Shown in pieces: positions 37,325 through 49,800 of a stretch of 64,000 nucleotides of DNA. The notes under the pieces were generated by a model. The model saw only the letters and a list, made by a program, of their open reading frames with translations. It made no database searches and was not told the origin of the DNA. The first letter of the stretch is position 1. The number at the start of each line of letters is the position of its first letter. The stretch comes from Botryllus schlosseri. Its lineage: Eukaryota. The stretch covers positions 24,366,001-24,430,000 of the forward strand of contig CM119379.1 in the NCBI GenBank assembly GCA_051294905.1. Direction: 5' to 3'. The translations under genes were made by a program, and so were the position numbers.

Positions 37325-38650
37325 CATGGACAAATTTTCTGTCATCAGATTTTGCGGCTTTCGCGAATGCATGTGTTTTGTACTAGTACAGCAATGCAGC
37401 ATAGGCACTATTGCTGGATTAAAATGCATTGAAAAACATTTCATGATATCTTCCTTGATTATTGGAGATTGAGGATAGCGTTGATGACCAATGAGGGACT
37501 ACATAGTAACTGAGTCACTTTGTTAGCAAATGCGTATCATTGAATCTATCAGACTTTGCAAGAATTATCCATTGAATGGTAAGTAGGCATTTAGTGATGA
37601 CTCTGACTCTAATAATGTTCCTCGAGGAATGCAGATTGTATGATAGGCTTACCTTATCTTAATGTTATTCAATAGTATTAAATTATCCCACTGGCATTCT
37701 ACTGCTCATGTGAACACATAGTACGTTTGAAAATTTTGCACATGTCCATCATAACGCAGAGCGAATGTTTGTTGATGATATTCGGTTATTATATCCATAA
37801 TACAGGCTCTGCTTTTCAGAACAATCAAGCCTATCTATATCAACTATGTGACACAATTACAGTGACTAGATCTTGTAATTTCCTAACACCCCCGGAAAAC
37901 GGTCAGTAGGCGAGTGAATCCAATCCAACGTCAGGCTTTTTTCCATCATCAAACTTTTTGTTAACTATTTTTGCAAAAATTGACTTGGCAACTTCGTAAA
38001 CCTGTCCCGGTACTATGAGTCTGTGAATCTCTATGCGGGCCGGGTTAGTTTGTGAGGTATAATTTCTTGCAAATACTTGAGTACACCAGTTGCTACTTTC
38101 ACTCAAGTATTTTTTTTTTCGAGTTGCTCCACACCTACATGCTACATGTATAGTTTTTGTTCCCATATTGCCAATAAACTTTGTCCCTTGAATGATATCT
38201 GGTTTGGATTTACATTGTTATGAGTAAAATCGTTTTAAATACGGATCATTATCTCTCTATGTGTATCATATGGACTATGCTTTCAAAATTGTACTTATTC
38301 ACTGTCCTTGACAGAGATGTATCCTATAATTTACAAAATATCATAAAATTCAGGTAACCATCACTTTTTGAGTACATAAGTAGGCTACTGTCCTTCAAAT
38401 TTTTCTACTCGAGATAGCTCGAACCGCTATTTCCACTTGTGGTCGAGTACTTCCTAAAATACAAAGTGTACTTGAGTTTTTTGAGTAGCAGCGAGGGCAG
38501 TAACCAGGTGTCAAAAGATTGGACGAAAGACTTCCTTCCCCTCAGCTAAATCTTTGGCTTGGATATTGTGACGTCATCAGTTTTGTCTGCGTCGAAATGA
38601 ATTTGTGAAGTCACAACTTGTGGACCCACTCAAATTCATCGAGTTATCAC

Positions 38651-39793
38651 CAGAGGTAGTCAGTAACAAAGTACTTCTACTTTTTTGAAGTACTCAAGCA
38701 GTTTTTCTCTACTTCTAGTACTTACTCAAGTAGAACTAACTTTTGCTACTTCTACTTAATAATATTTGTGATCTACTTACTTACTTTTCGCTATTTTCAG
38801 TTTGTCAAGTAGAAGTACTTTAATCCTCCAATCAGGAAGATGACCTGAGGAATCTCGGGGCTGTAATCACGGAGTATCAACATTTAATTTTCATGAAAGT
38901 TGAGTAAAACCCAGAATTTTCGTCGCGCACAGTGGATATGGAATGACCAATATGATTGCACGAAAGTATCGGTGAATATAATTTAGGTAGCGGGTTGCGC
39001 GGTTCCGTTCACACCGCATTGTCGTCCGTATGAAATATTACATCACAGTATATTTGGAACTGATGTTTCGCAATCTAGCATTTACTTCATACATCATATC
39101 GTAGTCTAGCAGTCCATGGCGTGTCCTAATCTGGAACAGTGGGTTCTGACTTTTTTTTAGCTTTAGACCTGATGTAGCATATAACCTTTAAACCTTCCTA
39201 TAGACATGAAATACATTTTCCGCTTTTAGACGTAGGATTTATATTTCACTTTCAATTCCCAGTATCGGACTTTGAGTTCTAATTAATTACTCAATATGGC
39301 ATTTTTACGATCCACCAATTTTGTTATTAGCGTTTCTAGTAATCACGCAAAGTGTTAACACCGTATCCGATACAACTTCTCCGTAGTGCTCTTCGATTAA
39401 ACTACTGGCCTTATAATATCAGGGGGGGGGGGTCGCCATACCATGATATTTTCCGAAACGTACTGTTCGAGTAAGCAGAGGATTAGTATCGCATTTCCAT
39501 ATCAATACTATCATTTTCATCCCATCATGCGGACGAACGCTTATGCTGTTTAGAATTGGATACCTCCTCGCTCCTGGTATGCATCAATATGAATCAAGCT
39601 CTGCACCTTTCGCATAGCTCGTTTTCACAACTACTTACTAGAGTTGATTTAAAGTCAGTCAATTCTACTTCTATTACAAGTAGTTTAGGTTGCTTATGGA
39701 GGAAGTACTTCTACTCGTACTTGAGTAGATTATTCCATCGCTACTTCTACTTCTACTTGAGTAGATTTCTTGACTATACTTTGACCACCTCTG
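38651..39793. mobile_element. hAT MITE family D (AGTAG/CTACT arrays)
   Basis: Termini cagaggtagtca / tgaccacctctg; perfect TSD gttatcac; related fragments near 1850-1950 and 6720-6760. Confidence 0.88.
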
Positions 39794-41197
39794 GTTATCA
39801 CTACACGTATGGTGAAGCTGCTATGTTGGCGGATTTATTAGTCGTTACGATGTTACCCAATTTTTGATTTGTGATGCACCATGACCAAAGTACTGATTAA
39901 AATTTTAGTACAGAGAGAACACGCCGGACAGATATTCTTTCCATGATCAACACTGTGGTAATTTCCCCATGCTTGTATCTGTATGGATCCGGCACGAAGA
40001 ACCACTGTACCATACAGTGGCGGCTCGTCCTATAGGGCAACTGGGGCATTGCCCCACCTAAAATTCTGTTCAATAACAATTTAACCATTTATAGACGCAC
40101 AGCGCTCAATATATACCGAGATCACAGCGAAACCCGCGTTCTTCGTGTGCTTTCGCTTGCAAATGCCCATGCATAGAGAAGTCTCTGCGAAAATCGAATT
40201 CTCTTCTGTGTTTTCGCTTTGTGAATGCCTAGCCGGGGCTTGCCCCGGTAGCGCTCATAACAAGCTTTCACTATCTATTCTCTCAAAGCCGCGCACAATT
40301 AGGAAACGGTGATATACGCTCTCCTATTCGTAAAATGGCCGAGCAACCGGGGCATATATGCCTGTCGCCCCTAAGGTGTGATGTAACAATCGTATCTATA
40401 TCTGAACTCGGATACCGTGATATGCGTTGAGTCGACCTTTGCTGGTATAGGTCGATTTTGATGGTGTTTCACACCATGATAATTCTTGAAACTTGGTATG
40501 TCATGTCGTGATGGTGGTATTTAACACTGTCCTAAGTTTCAGGGTTTCTACTCAAAGTTTAGGGTAGTAATTCCGTTTCCAAAGTCGAGTGTGTGCTGAT
40601 CCGTCATGTATCGCAAACATATTTCACGCAAAGCCGGTATTGGTCTCCATTAATTTTAACGATGCTCCTTAGCTAGATCCGTCTTGAGCTTATACATGGT
40701 ATGTCTTGATTTTAGTATCGAACGCTGTGCCAAGTCTCAAGGTTGGCACTCAATGATTAGGGCAGCAATTTCGTTATCAAGTTCGAGTATGGTAGAGATG
40801 TGCGCTGATCTGACACTTAGCCTACCTAACGCATTGCGGATTTCACGCAAAAGCCGGTGTATCTGTGTTCCATACTGAGATAGGTGATGAGATGATGATA
40901 TCATGAAACAGTTTACTAACATCCTCGGTTTGCATTCAAATATTTAGTTTTATTTTATATTCTCCAATGTCAATTTCACCGTGGAATGGTGGCCTTCGGG
41001 CCATTTGCTCACAATTACAACCCCTGTCAAGCGCGATAGCTGTTTCGTTTTCGATGGCGGCTAACAGCTTATCGCTTGATCAGCCTATTCCTCAGTAAAT
41101 TTTACGCAAAATTCGGCGTTGATCAATTCGTATTAATTTTGACAGTGTACCATACCGAAAACGGTCATGAGGCTACTTCTCGATGATTTCATGTAAC

Positions 41198-42546
41198 CAG
41201 ACTTGGACAACTAGAAAATTTTCAGCTTTTCTGAATTAGATTAGAATTAGAATTAGAGCTACACAGTTTTTCCAAATTAGATTAGAATTAGAATTAGAGC
41301 TACACAGCTTTTTCCAAATTAGATTAGAATTAGAATTAGAGCTACACCGCTTTTTCCAAATTAGATTAGAATTAGAATTACAGCTACCAAGCTATTTCCA
41401 AATTAGATTAGAATTAGAATTACTCAGTTCCCAAAAGCTTGAAAATTGAATGAAATTGTATATGGGAAATGAATACAGTAAAATTGAGTTCATATCAAAT
41501 AACAGTGCATGGTGCAGAAGGCCGTAAGGCGATAAGCGTCACATATTTTTGTTTAATAAACAACAAGAACAACAACAGTGCATTCCAATACCCATGAGAG
41601 TTGTTAACTTCTGTACACCAAGCTTGGCTCGATTTTTACTATACTTTAATGAAATATTACTTCTTTTATGGTAACCATGGGCATCGCCCATGTTAGTCAG
41701 AACGGCGATGTACTAACGAGAGAGAGAGTCTTTATTTTCATCAAACCAAAATACATAACAAACGGCAGTGATGGTGGTACAGAAAATATGCGTTCACAGT
41801 ATTCGGTATTAGATAGGAATGATCGATAAGACCGTGAAGGTCATCTAGTCTGATCACACCAGCATCAACAGGTACACTTGACTCTGAACAGTCTGGCTGT
41901 AAAAAATGTTTAGTTAAGAAAGGAACATAGAAAAAAATCAAACAATGGTAGCAAATGATCAATGAAGCAATGTCTGGGCGAGGTAGGGCAACAGTGTTAG
42001 TGTAACGACAAGAGGTGGTCAAGTAGGGCTTTTTTAAATCTATTATAAGGCAATTCACGGATATGTGGTGGTAATGCATTCCAGATGATAGGTCCCGAGT
42101 AGTCGATAGATCTCTTAGTTAGGTTGCTATTGGGTTTTAAAAACTAAAATGTTGTTCGCAGACTTCAAGCTACTCTAGCAGGCTATTATTCGTCATATTA
42201 TCTACTATGACTGCGCGGTGGAAGTAAGGCGATGGCGGCTTGGCACTGGATTTTCATGCGCAAGAGGAGATATTCTTGTTAACTCACTGAAATAGTGCAA
42301 TATGCCTCGGACAAAGAGACATTTTCAGGAAAACAATAATTAGATTAGAACTAGAATTAGAGAATAGGGACATTTCACAAATTGGATTAGAATTAGAATT
42401 AGAACATAAGAACATTTCACAAATTAGATTAGAATTAGAATTAGAGCATCGAAACGTTTCACAAATTAGATTAGAATTAGATTAGTGGCATTTCGCTCTA
42501 ATTTAGTGAAATTAGACAACTAGAATTATCTAGTTGTCCAAGTCTG
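41198..42546. mobile_element. hAT MITE with ATTAG-based 41-42 bp tandem blocks, nested in copy 1
   Basis: 18-bp TIR cagacttggacaactaga / tctagttgtccaagtctg; TSD catgtaac; empty site (single catgtaac) at about 50797-50804 in copy 2. A related decayed copy starts at 31391. Confidence 0.95.
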
Positions 42547-42915
42547 CATGTAACAGTGTACCAAGTTTTCGGCTTTCATCCACGTATTTATTCGGTAATA
42601 TATTTTCCGAAGGCGATTTTGCAGCAGACATATAGACAGTAGACACTATAGACCGTAAGCCGTATGTGTCGTGTGACAATCTCCAGCCTCAAGGTCAAAA
42701 TCTCCCAAGCTGTACCGGGACCGAATTTCCGAGGCTGCTATCCGTAGTTCTTCAGAATGATGTTTTGGATTCAATATGACATTTCCTTGTCCAATCTATG
42801 AGATAACAATTGCGTATGTGTCCGAACTCGTTGACCTTTCCAGTAAGGCATACGCAATCTCTCGATTTATAGTTATTTCCATTTCTGCAGATAAGTAGTC
42901 AGGTCAAGTGCGAAC

Positions 42916-43341
42916 ATGAATCGTGTTGAATCTTTGCTCCGTACGCCGTTTAGCCAACTGCCTTTAGAGCAAAAATTAGAGGTAAAGCGACTAGGTCCGT
43001 ATCAGCCTAGAAATTGCCCATTGGTCCAATCGTACGCCGGAGGAAAACGCACTCGTGCCTTTTCTTCAGCGCATTTCGATAAAAATGAATGGCTTACTTA
43101 TAGCGAGGATAAAAACGCCTTGTTTTGCTTTTACTGTCTTTTATTCGACAGTGCCGGTACCGGAAGCAGTGGCTCTTGTTGGAACAAAATTGGTTATCGC
43201 GATCTGAAGCATTTGTCAGAGCGTGTGAAAGCGCACCAAAAATCCCAAGTGCACATGGCTAGTGCAGTTAAATATAAATTGTTTGGCAGAGTAAATGTAA
43301 TGTCGCAGCTCAATGATAATCATTTGAATAAAAAACAATGA
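42916..43341 (+). CDS. Truncated hAT transposase N-terminus (TTF-type zinc finger, ZMYM1-like), 141 aa
   Basis: WLTYSEDKNALFCFYCLLF...WNKIGYRDLKHLSERVKAHQKSQVH (CxxC...H...H); no catalytic domain follows. Confidence 0.8.
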   Translation: MNRVESLLRTPFSQLPLEQKLEVKRLGPYQPRNCPLVQSYAGGKRTRAFSSAHFDKNEWLTYSEDKNALFCFYCLLFDSAGTGSSGSCWNKIGYRDLKHLSERVKAHQKSQVHMASAVKYKLFGRVNVMSQLNDNHLNKKQ

Positions 43342-43844
43342 ATAAAACATTTGTTACCGCACTTCAAGTCACGCCACCGGCAAACCTCTCGCGGCACCTA
43401 CGTTAAAAATCATTGTTTACGGGTAATTCATGTGACCATCATGAACGTTGAAAAACGCTACTGTGACGTCATATTGATAACAAATCGCTTGCGGCCCTTG
43501 CCCCACCACCCGATATTGTCACGAGCCGCCACTGGTACCATACTATTTCATTGTTTATAATTTCCTTGCAGTATTGTCCTGTGTATAGATGAGCTTGTCT
43601 CTTCTGGCTAGGCTAGTCGTTATAAATCTACCGGTATGACGACAATGGAGAATGCAGAAGTAGAATAACGTACAACTTCAGGAACCGTTGTGATTTACTC
43701 GGACCAGGCGCGTACAGCCAGTCGGAAAAGGAGTGGGGTTGAAATAAAACGGGGGGTTTCGATTTTTTTCGAATTTACTGATATATCATCAATTCATTAG
43801 GCTTAAGTACATGCGTAAATGCTTATTACACAATCTCCTCTTGA

Positions 43845-44605
43845 CAGTGTTGGGATGACTCGAGTCATGACTTGCCTCGAGTCACATTTTTCATATGACT
43901 TGACTTGACTCGAGTCACTTTGCTAAAATGACTTGACTTGACTCGGTGTATCAGAAATGTGGATTGACTCGTGACTCGGAGCAAAATTCATGAGTCAATT
44001 TCAAGTCATCATGTAATCGGTGACGATAAAAATCACTGTATCTTGCATATGTTAGTATTGTTCGTGAAACGATGGTGTAACGCGTGAGAGCGACCAAACA
44101 TTCAATGATAGTGGGTTTTACTGATTCTCCATTGTTCTCTCACAAATGAATTGACCACAAACGAAGTGATCGATGCTTACAGCTTACGTTGTCGGAAATA
44201 AGTTGTAAAGTAATTTAATAACAAAATATCTTATCAATTCGTTTCTCTGTGCTCTATTCTGTTTTGGCTGGTGTCTATAAACTGAAGTTATAAAATTACT
44301 TTCGTAGTTTAACAGTTCTACGTATATGTGAGCGATACAGCACCTTGCACGTATATGTAACTCTATATTCGTTCATCGGTTCAGAATCAATTGCCACTCA
44401 ATCTGTATTTCAGACAGCTAGCAAAATGCAATGACGTAATCATGTCTCATACTTCGAAAAGGCAACTTGACTTGAAATGTGACTTGACTTGACATGACTC
44501 GAGTCACCTTTGAAAATCTATTGACTGGACTTGACTCGAGTCAAAATGTGCTATGACTCGAACTGACTTGTGACTCGAAGGTGTAGTGACTTGACCCTAA
44601 CACTG
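43845..44605. mobile_element. Family A-related MITE
   Basis: Termini cagtgttggg / ccctaacactg; GACTT/GACTC arrays; TSD cctcttga / cctcatga (7/8). Confidence 0.85.
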
Positions 44606-45277
44606 CCTCATGATAATGAACTTACGCGTATGATAAGCTTGCCAATTTGCGAGTACCTGATCTCTCGTGAACAATTTAATAAGCGCGTACTACGCAGCAT
44701 CGGCGACGATTTTCGCGAGTCAAAAATGTCCCAGTTCTGACCGAGAAAACATCGACAGCTAGGAGGCAAAGAATGTCAGGCATAGGCCATCGATGATATC
44801 GTGCGTACCGGGCAGATACGATTGTGCAGGTCAGCGATGATATCGTACCTACCATACCAACCCTATTGCAGATGCGCTTCTTCAAGCCAGCGGAACCAGG
44901 CTTGTTGGAGACGCGATAAACAGGCCAGCGAAATTGCAATCAATTACCTATTTCGCATCAATCTCAGTGGGAGATCGCGTTATGTTGTGCGGTGCACAGA
45001 CGTATCTCGCTAATTGGCGACAGGCTTCTCGCTAATTAGGCGCACCGAGGCCCCGGGTGCACGCTACAATGATAAGATTTATTGAATTGCAACATAAAGC
45101 GTTAGAATGCTCATTTCAAAAGGACAGGGTTTCTATACCCCCTCTGGCTACGCTCTTGGCTCGGACCTCCACCGCGTTGCGAAACAGCAAGTTGCCTGTT
45201 GTCGGTAGTAGTGTAGTTTTGATTCGCACGCAGCTATTCTGTGCCTCAATATGCCTGTACTGGAAGTGCTCTATCCA

Positions 45278-46507
45278 CAGGGCCGTAACAGCACTTCGTA
45301 AGGCCCCCAAAAAAAACTTTGGTCTTGGGCCCCCCATAGAGTTATAGACCGAACTTATGGGGGGCTTCGCCCCCCAGACCCCCCCCCGGCGATACCCTGT
45401 TTACCGCTATTTATCATTTTCGTTGGGAGTTTGTCGAGTTAATCCTACAGCCTTTGTCGCCTAGGCGCGCGCAGCGCGGGGAATTTCTTGAATTCATGAC
45501 TGAATTGGTCAGTATGATCGGGAATTGCATATATATTGTTATTAATTTGTATCTTCTCTCTGCTCACGTAATCAGATTTGCCGGTAGAGCTGAGTGAGGT
45601 GTGTTTGAAAAGGTAGGACCACTCAATAATAATTAAACATCTTCGGGCGTATACCCGTCGGCAGGAACGAAACAGAACCTCGTCAGGCCCTCAAAACCGT
45701 GGGTTTTGGGCTCCGATAGGGTGATGAAACGACCTCTCCATCACGTTGTTCGCGTTTGTCACGAAATCATCTGTACTGTATTGTGAGCCAGCGCGAAGCG
45801 CGAAAATTTTCGATAATTTATGATAAAATCGGTCAATTAGATCGGCGATTGCATATATATTATGCTAAACGGGAGGGCCCGTAAATAATAATTTAACATC
45901 TTCGGGCGGGCGGACCCGTTGATATGACTTCGTTACATGATGTTATTTCGTGACTTCCAGTCTGCTATATCAAAAAATATAGAATCGCCCTAACGAAGGC
46001 TTCTAAACTAAGAGACGCACACGATTTCAAATTGGTATTTCTTCACTGGCATAAAATTTTTCCCATCTGGATGGTATTTGTCTTGTGAGGTTCGGATTGC
46101 AAAGACAGAAACATTCGGCGCCAGTCATTTAGGCGCCTATGGACAATTATACCTATATGTATTTTGTATATATAACGAAGTCTTCGCTCAGCATAAGGGC
46201 ATATACCTTTTCGGCCAAGGTTTTCTCGCTGCCGATCGTTCTGGCACACTTCTTGGAGTCGCATGTTATATGGCCAAAACTTGATTGTATGTCTTGGTGG
46301 GTCGTGGCGCGGTAAGGGCCCTATACCCAATAATAAAGATAAATGGCTACTTGAATTCCCGCGCAGCGCGAAAATTTTTTGAAAAAATTACATAAATTTT
46401 CAAAAAATACTCTATGATTTATGCTAATTCACGAAATAATTTTGGGCCCCCTCCGAGCTCGGCCCCCCCCCAATTGGGGGGTTTGGGGTGCGGCAGTTGT
46501 GGTGCTG
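45278..46507 (+). mobile_element. hAT MITE family E (GC-rich, internal imperfect repeats)
   Basis: Termini cagggccgtaac / gttgtggtgctg; perfect TSD tctatcca; diverged inverted relative at 52762-54476. Confidence 0.88.
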
Positions 46508-46803
46508 TCTATCCATCACGCTCTCTCACTGGCCTCATACCTGTTAAACGGCGTTTGGTTTTTATCACTTATATATTTCTATCGAGAGCAGACGAACACA
46601 AGGAGGAGGTGATTCAAGATGTAATGCTTTGGTACGAAGGCTACCCGACGGTACGTTACGTACGTCGCCCACCCATCTTTGTGAGAACACATGGCACTTT
46701 CAGGTTTCACATTTTGGCCTAGTTAGAATAAAATCAGATGGCTTGTAATTGAGTGTAAGAATCACGAACTATCCGAGCCGCAAAGATGCTCGATACCTCT
46801 TGT

Positions 46804-49800
46804 CTAGTAGAGGTATCCAGTTACCACTATTCCCTTGGACAAACATTTTCCGGATTCACGTTCGAGCAGACTTGGCCAGAGAAAAGATAATATTTCGCCA
46901 GAAGAATCGTCGGCGGTATGAAATCTTTCGTGCTTACTGGCGTCATAATATTTCGCGTCGTATTCGATGATGAAGGCAGGCGTCTGTACCGACAGAACCC
47001 ACGCCAGACGCACACATTCAGCGACGTAGACTTTCAGACTTCGTGACGACCGAAGCTCGTGACATTCGAAAAGGGCGTCGCACACTCTATCAAACACTTC
47101 CTGTGAAAAATTCAGTTTGGGTTGGATTCGTTTATAAAGACCGCGTAGCCTATATGTCAACATATTGTATTGAGAATGGACCGCACAATCGCTTCAGGAA
47201 TAGGCCAACCCAATTTCAATTCTGCAATTTCTATGAATGCGGCCCCACTATCCTGGTCGGCTAATGAGTCGGACTCAATTGTGCTTGCCATGGTTTCATT
47301 TCTGACTTGTTTTGTATTGACGTTTTCAACGTGCAGTATAGTACACCGAAATGCAAACAAAAATAGTGTGTTTCGTATTTGGTCGGTTTCCTCCCTATCC
47401 TAGAGCGCAAATCGGGTAAGCACCAGTTTCTGGTACGAACCCATGCTATGGTGAAAATCTGGTAAATACATCTATTTACCACGCATGCGTAGATCCTGAC
47501 AGATATTGGGATGTCGGAGCTCGGACACACAACTGCGTCTCAGGTCTCACCACCGTGATCTTGAAACGTTGCGCGCTAGCTCAGTGGTTTTCCAGCTGCG
47601 GATGGTGAGTACTTTGTAGGGTGGCCAAGACACCCAGCCTTGTTTTAGTAACCAGCTTCTCAAATACGCCATGGATAGGTCTGGGCGAAGGTGCTGACCA
47701 TTTATAGCAGTGGTTCCTAACCGGTGGGGAATTCCCCACTGGTGGGGAATGTAATGGTTTCTGGTGGGCAATTGACCCATTCGGTAAACACTATATATAT
47801 ATACAAGATAGTCTACATATTTACGGAGACACATGCGCAATTACTGTCACCAGTTAACTGCTCTGAAATGTATATATCGAAAATTATATTGCGTGTTGTT
47901 CACAAAAACTCATTCTTAACTCCGGAAAGGCAATGATCGCGTCACAAACGCATCCAGCACGACCAGTATGACGTGAAATAACGCTTTCTAAATTTTGAGG
48001 GTTACCGGTATCGGTTCACAATGGGTTTTATGTTGCAGTTATAGGCGATTGTCTTGCGTACTGGTGTGATTGTGCGACCTGTGTGTAATAAAGCAAATAG
48101 CTGCTCCGTAATGACCAAAGTTTTGGGTAGTGCGGAATAAAGGCTCAGAATAAATCTCAAGTGAGAAATGAAGACATAAAGGTTGGGAACCACTGATTTA
48201 TAGTAATCAGCTCACCAAATTTAGTGGTGGGTTGCGGAACATTTTCGAATCAGAAATTAGGTAGCGAGTAAAAGGGTTGGGAACCACTGCGCTAGCTATT
48301 TCCGCAAAAAGCAGTGCGTGGACAAATTGTTGTTATGCAATTGTTTACAATAGTTTGAAAACCTTGAAAAGCGAATACTTTGTGTGCAATAACATGTATC
48401 ATCTTCATCTGTCTGTTTCAAACCAGCAGGTACATAGTATTAAATGTTACTCACTGCTATATTCTGAGAAAGATCATATGTATCCGTGGTATTTTTTAAA
48501 AAAGCGAACACGGTCGCTTCGGTTTCGCGGGTTTTGCGAGTCGCCAGCTGCATGCAAAGGGCGTCTCGAATCGTCATCCTCACTTTATCGATGGTATCGT
48601 CGACGGAGCGGAATGAGAGCTGAAGAGAGATAAATGTGAGTGATTTTGGATGTGTTCGCAGGATTATGACGCGTCGCAATATCAGTTCGCTTGATAATTA
48701 TTGATCTGTAGGGACGTTCGGTTATAGGGGCGGCAAATGAGGCAGTGAAAATAGTGAAAACCTTCAACGATTTGATATTTTTGTTGGTGTTGGTGTTCAA
48801 TCGTTCATGTTCAATGTTCATGAATGACTAACTTTAAACATTTTTACATCGAATACTACGCAATTTGCATATTTGTTGTTCGCAGATAGGGTGATAACTA
48901 GGGTTGCATTTAAAACAAATGGTTGTTCAAAACACTTTGTTTATAAAATATTTTAAACAAAAGCATTTTAAAAAACAAAATTGTGTTTTTTTCAAGTTGT
49001 ATAATTATGCCCTTATTGTGTAAATACTTTACAAAAAACATGTTGTATGTGCCCACGGACGACTACCACCCTATATATAGCCGACGTATAAGATATGGGA
49101 TGGTTGGAAACCTCAAAATAGCCGGTTCAACAGCTAGTACGTGGATATTTCGTCAAAGGAAGCATATTTAGCCTACCCTATATTTCCAATTGTGAATGTC
49201 AATCCGATATGACGTCACAATTGATATTGGTGACGCCATGGCTAAAAAAACATGTTTTAAACAAAAGCCTTGTTTTAAACGTGTTTGTTTTAAATTGATT
49301 TTTGTTTTAAATGCAACCCTATAGTGATAAAGACCCGAGCTCACTCAACTGGCATTAATCGAATGATATTGTCGCAGTGATTTCGAAAATACAAATATTA
49401 TTAATGACAGGTCACCAGAACCACTCAAAAACGGCAAGGAATGTAAAAATGGACTTAGTTGCGTACATTGACAGCGCTATGTAACAATGAAAGGTGAGGC
49501 ACACGTTAATCTGTCGCACCGATTGTTTGCCTAACAATCACGTAGCCGCAGCCCATTGAAACTATGCGCTCTCAGCTATCGACCTTGCGAACCGACGGTA
49601 TACCGTAATTTTCCATGTATAATCCGCATAATTTTCACGATTTTTTTCCCTAAAACGGGGGGTGCGTATTATACATGGGAACAACACGCTTGAAAAAATC
49701 TCCCTCGATAAAAAACTTGAAATCACACCTTTCTTTATGTTTGTTTCCAATAGCGCATCACTTTCAGCCATCGTGTCCAGTAATTCGTATTATCAGTGTA

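Larger units (their letters stand above)
40015..43534 (+). mobile_element. 2163-bp non-autonomous hAT element, copy 1 (with 1349-bp insert)
   Basis: TIR cagtggcggctcgt / acgagccgccactg; perfect TSD gtaccata; near-identical inverted copy at 49817-56649. Confidence 0.95.

Noticed and set aside
37903-38166. 87-aa minus ORF in a stop-riddled coding-like stretch (about 37700-38230)
   Set aside because: No recognisable motif or splice partners; it may be a decayed transposon fragment but cannot be assigned.
41230-42490. CRISPR-like repeat-spacer appearance
   Set aside because: The linkers are only 16-17 nt and similar to each other, the array lies within a TIR/TSD-bounded MITE, the context is eukaryotic and there are no cas genes.
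46043-46330. Similar ORFs at 46043-46330 and 52941-53273
   Set aside because: Both lie inside family E MITE copies; the translations differ in frame and length and show no protein-like conservation.
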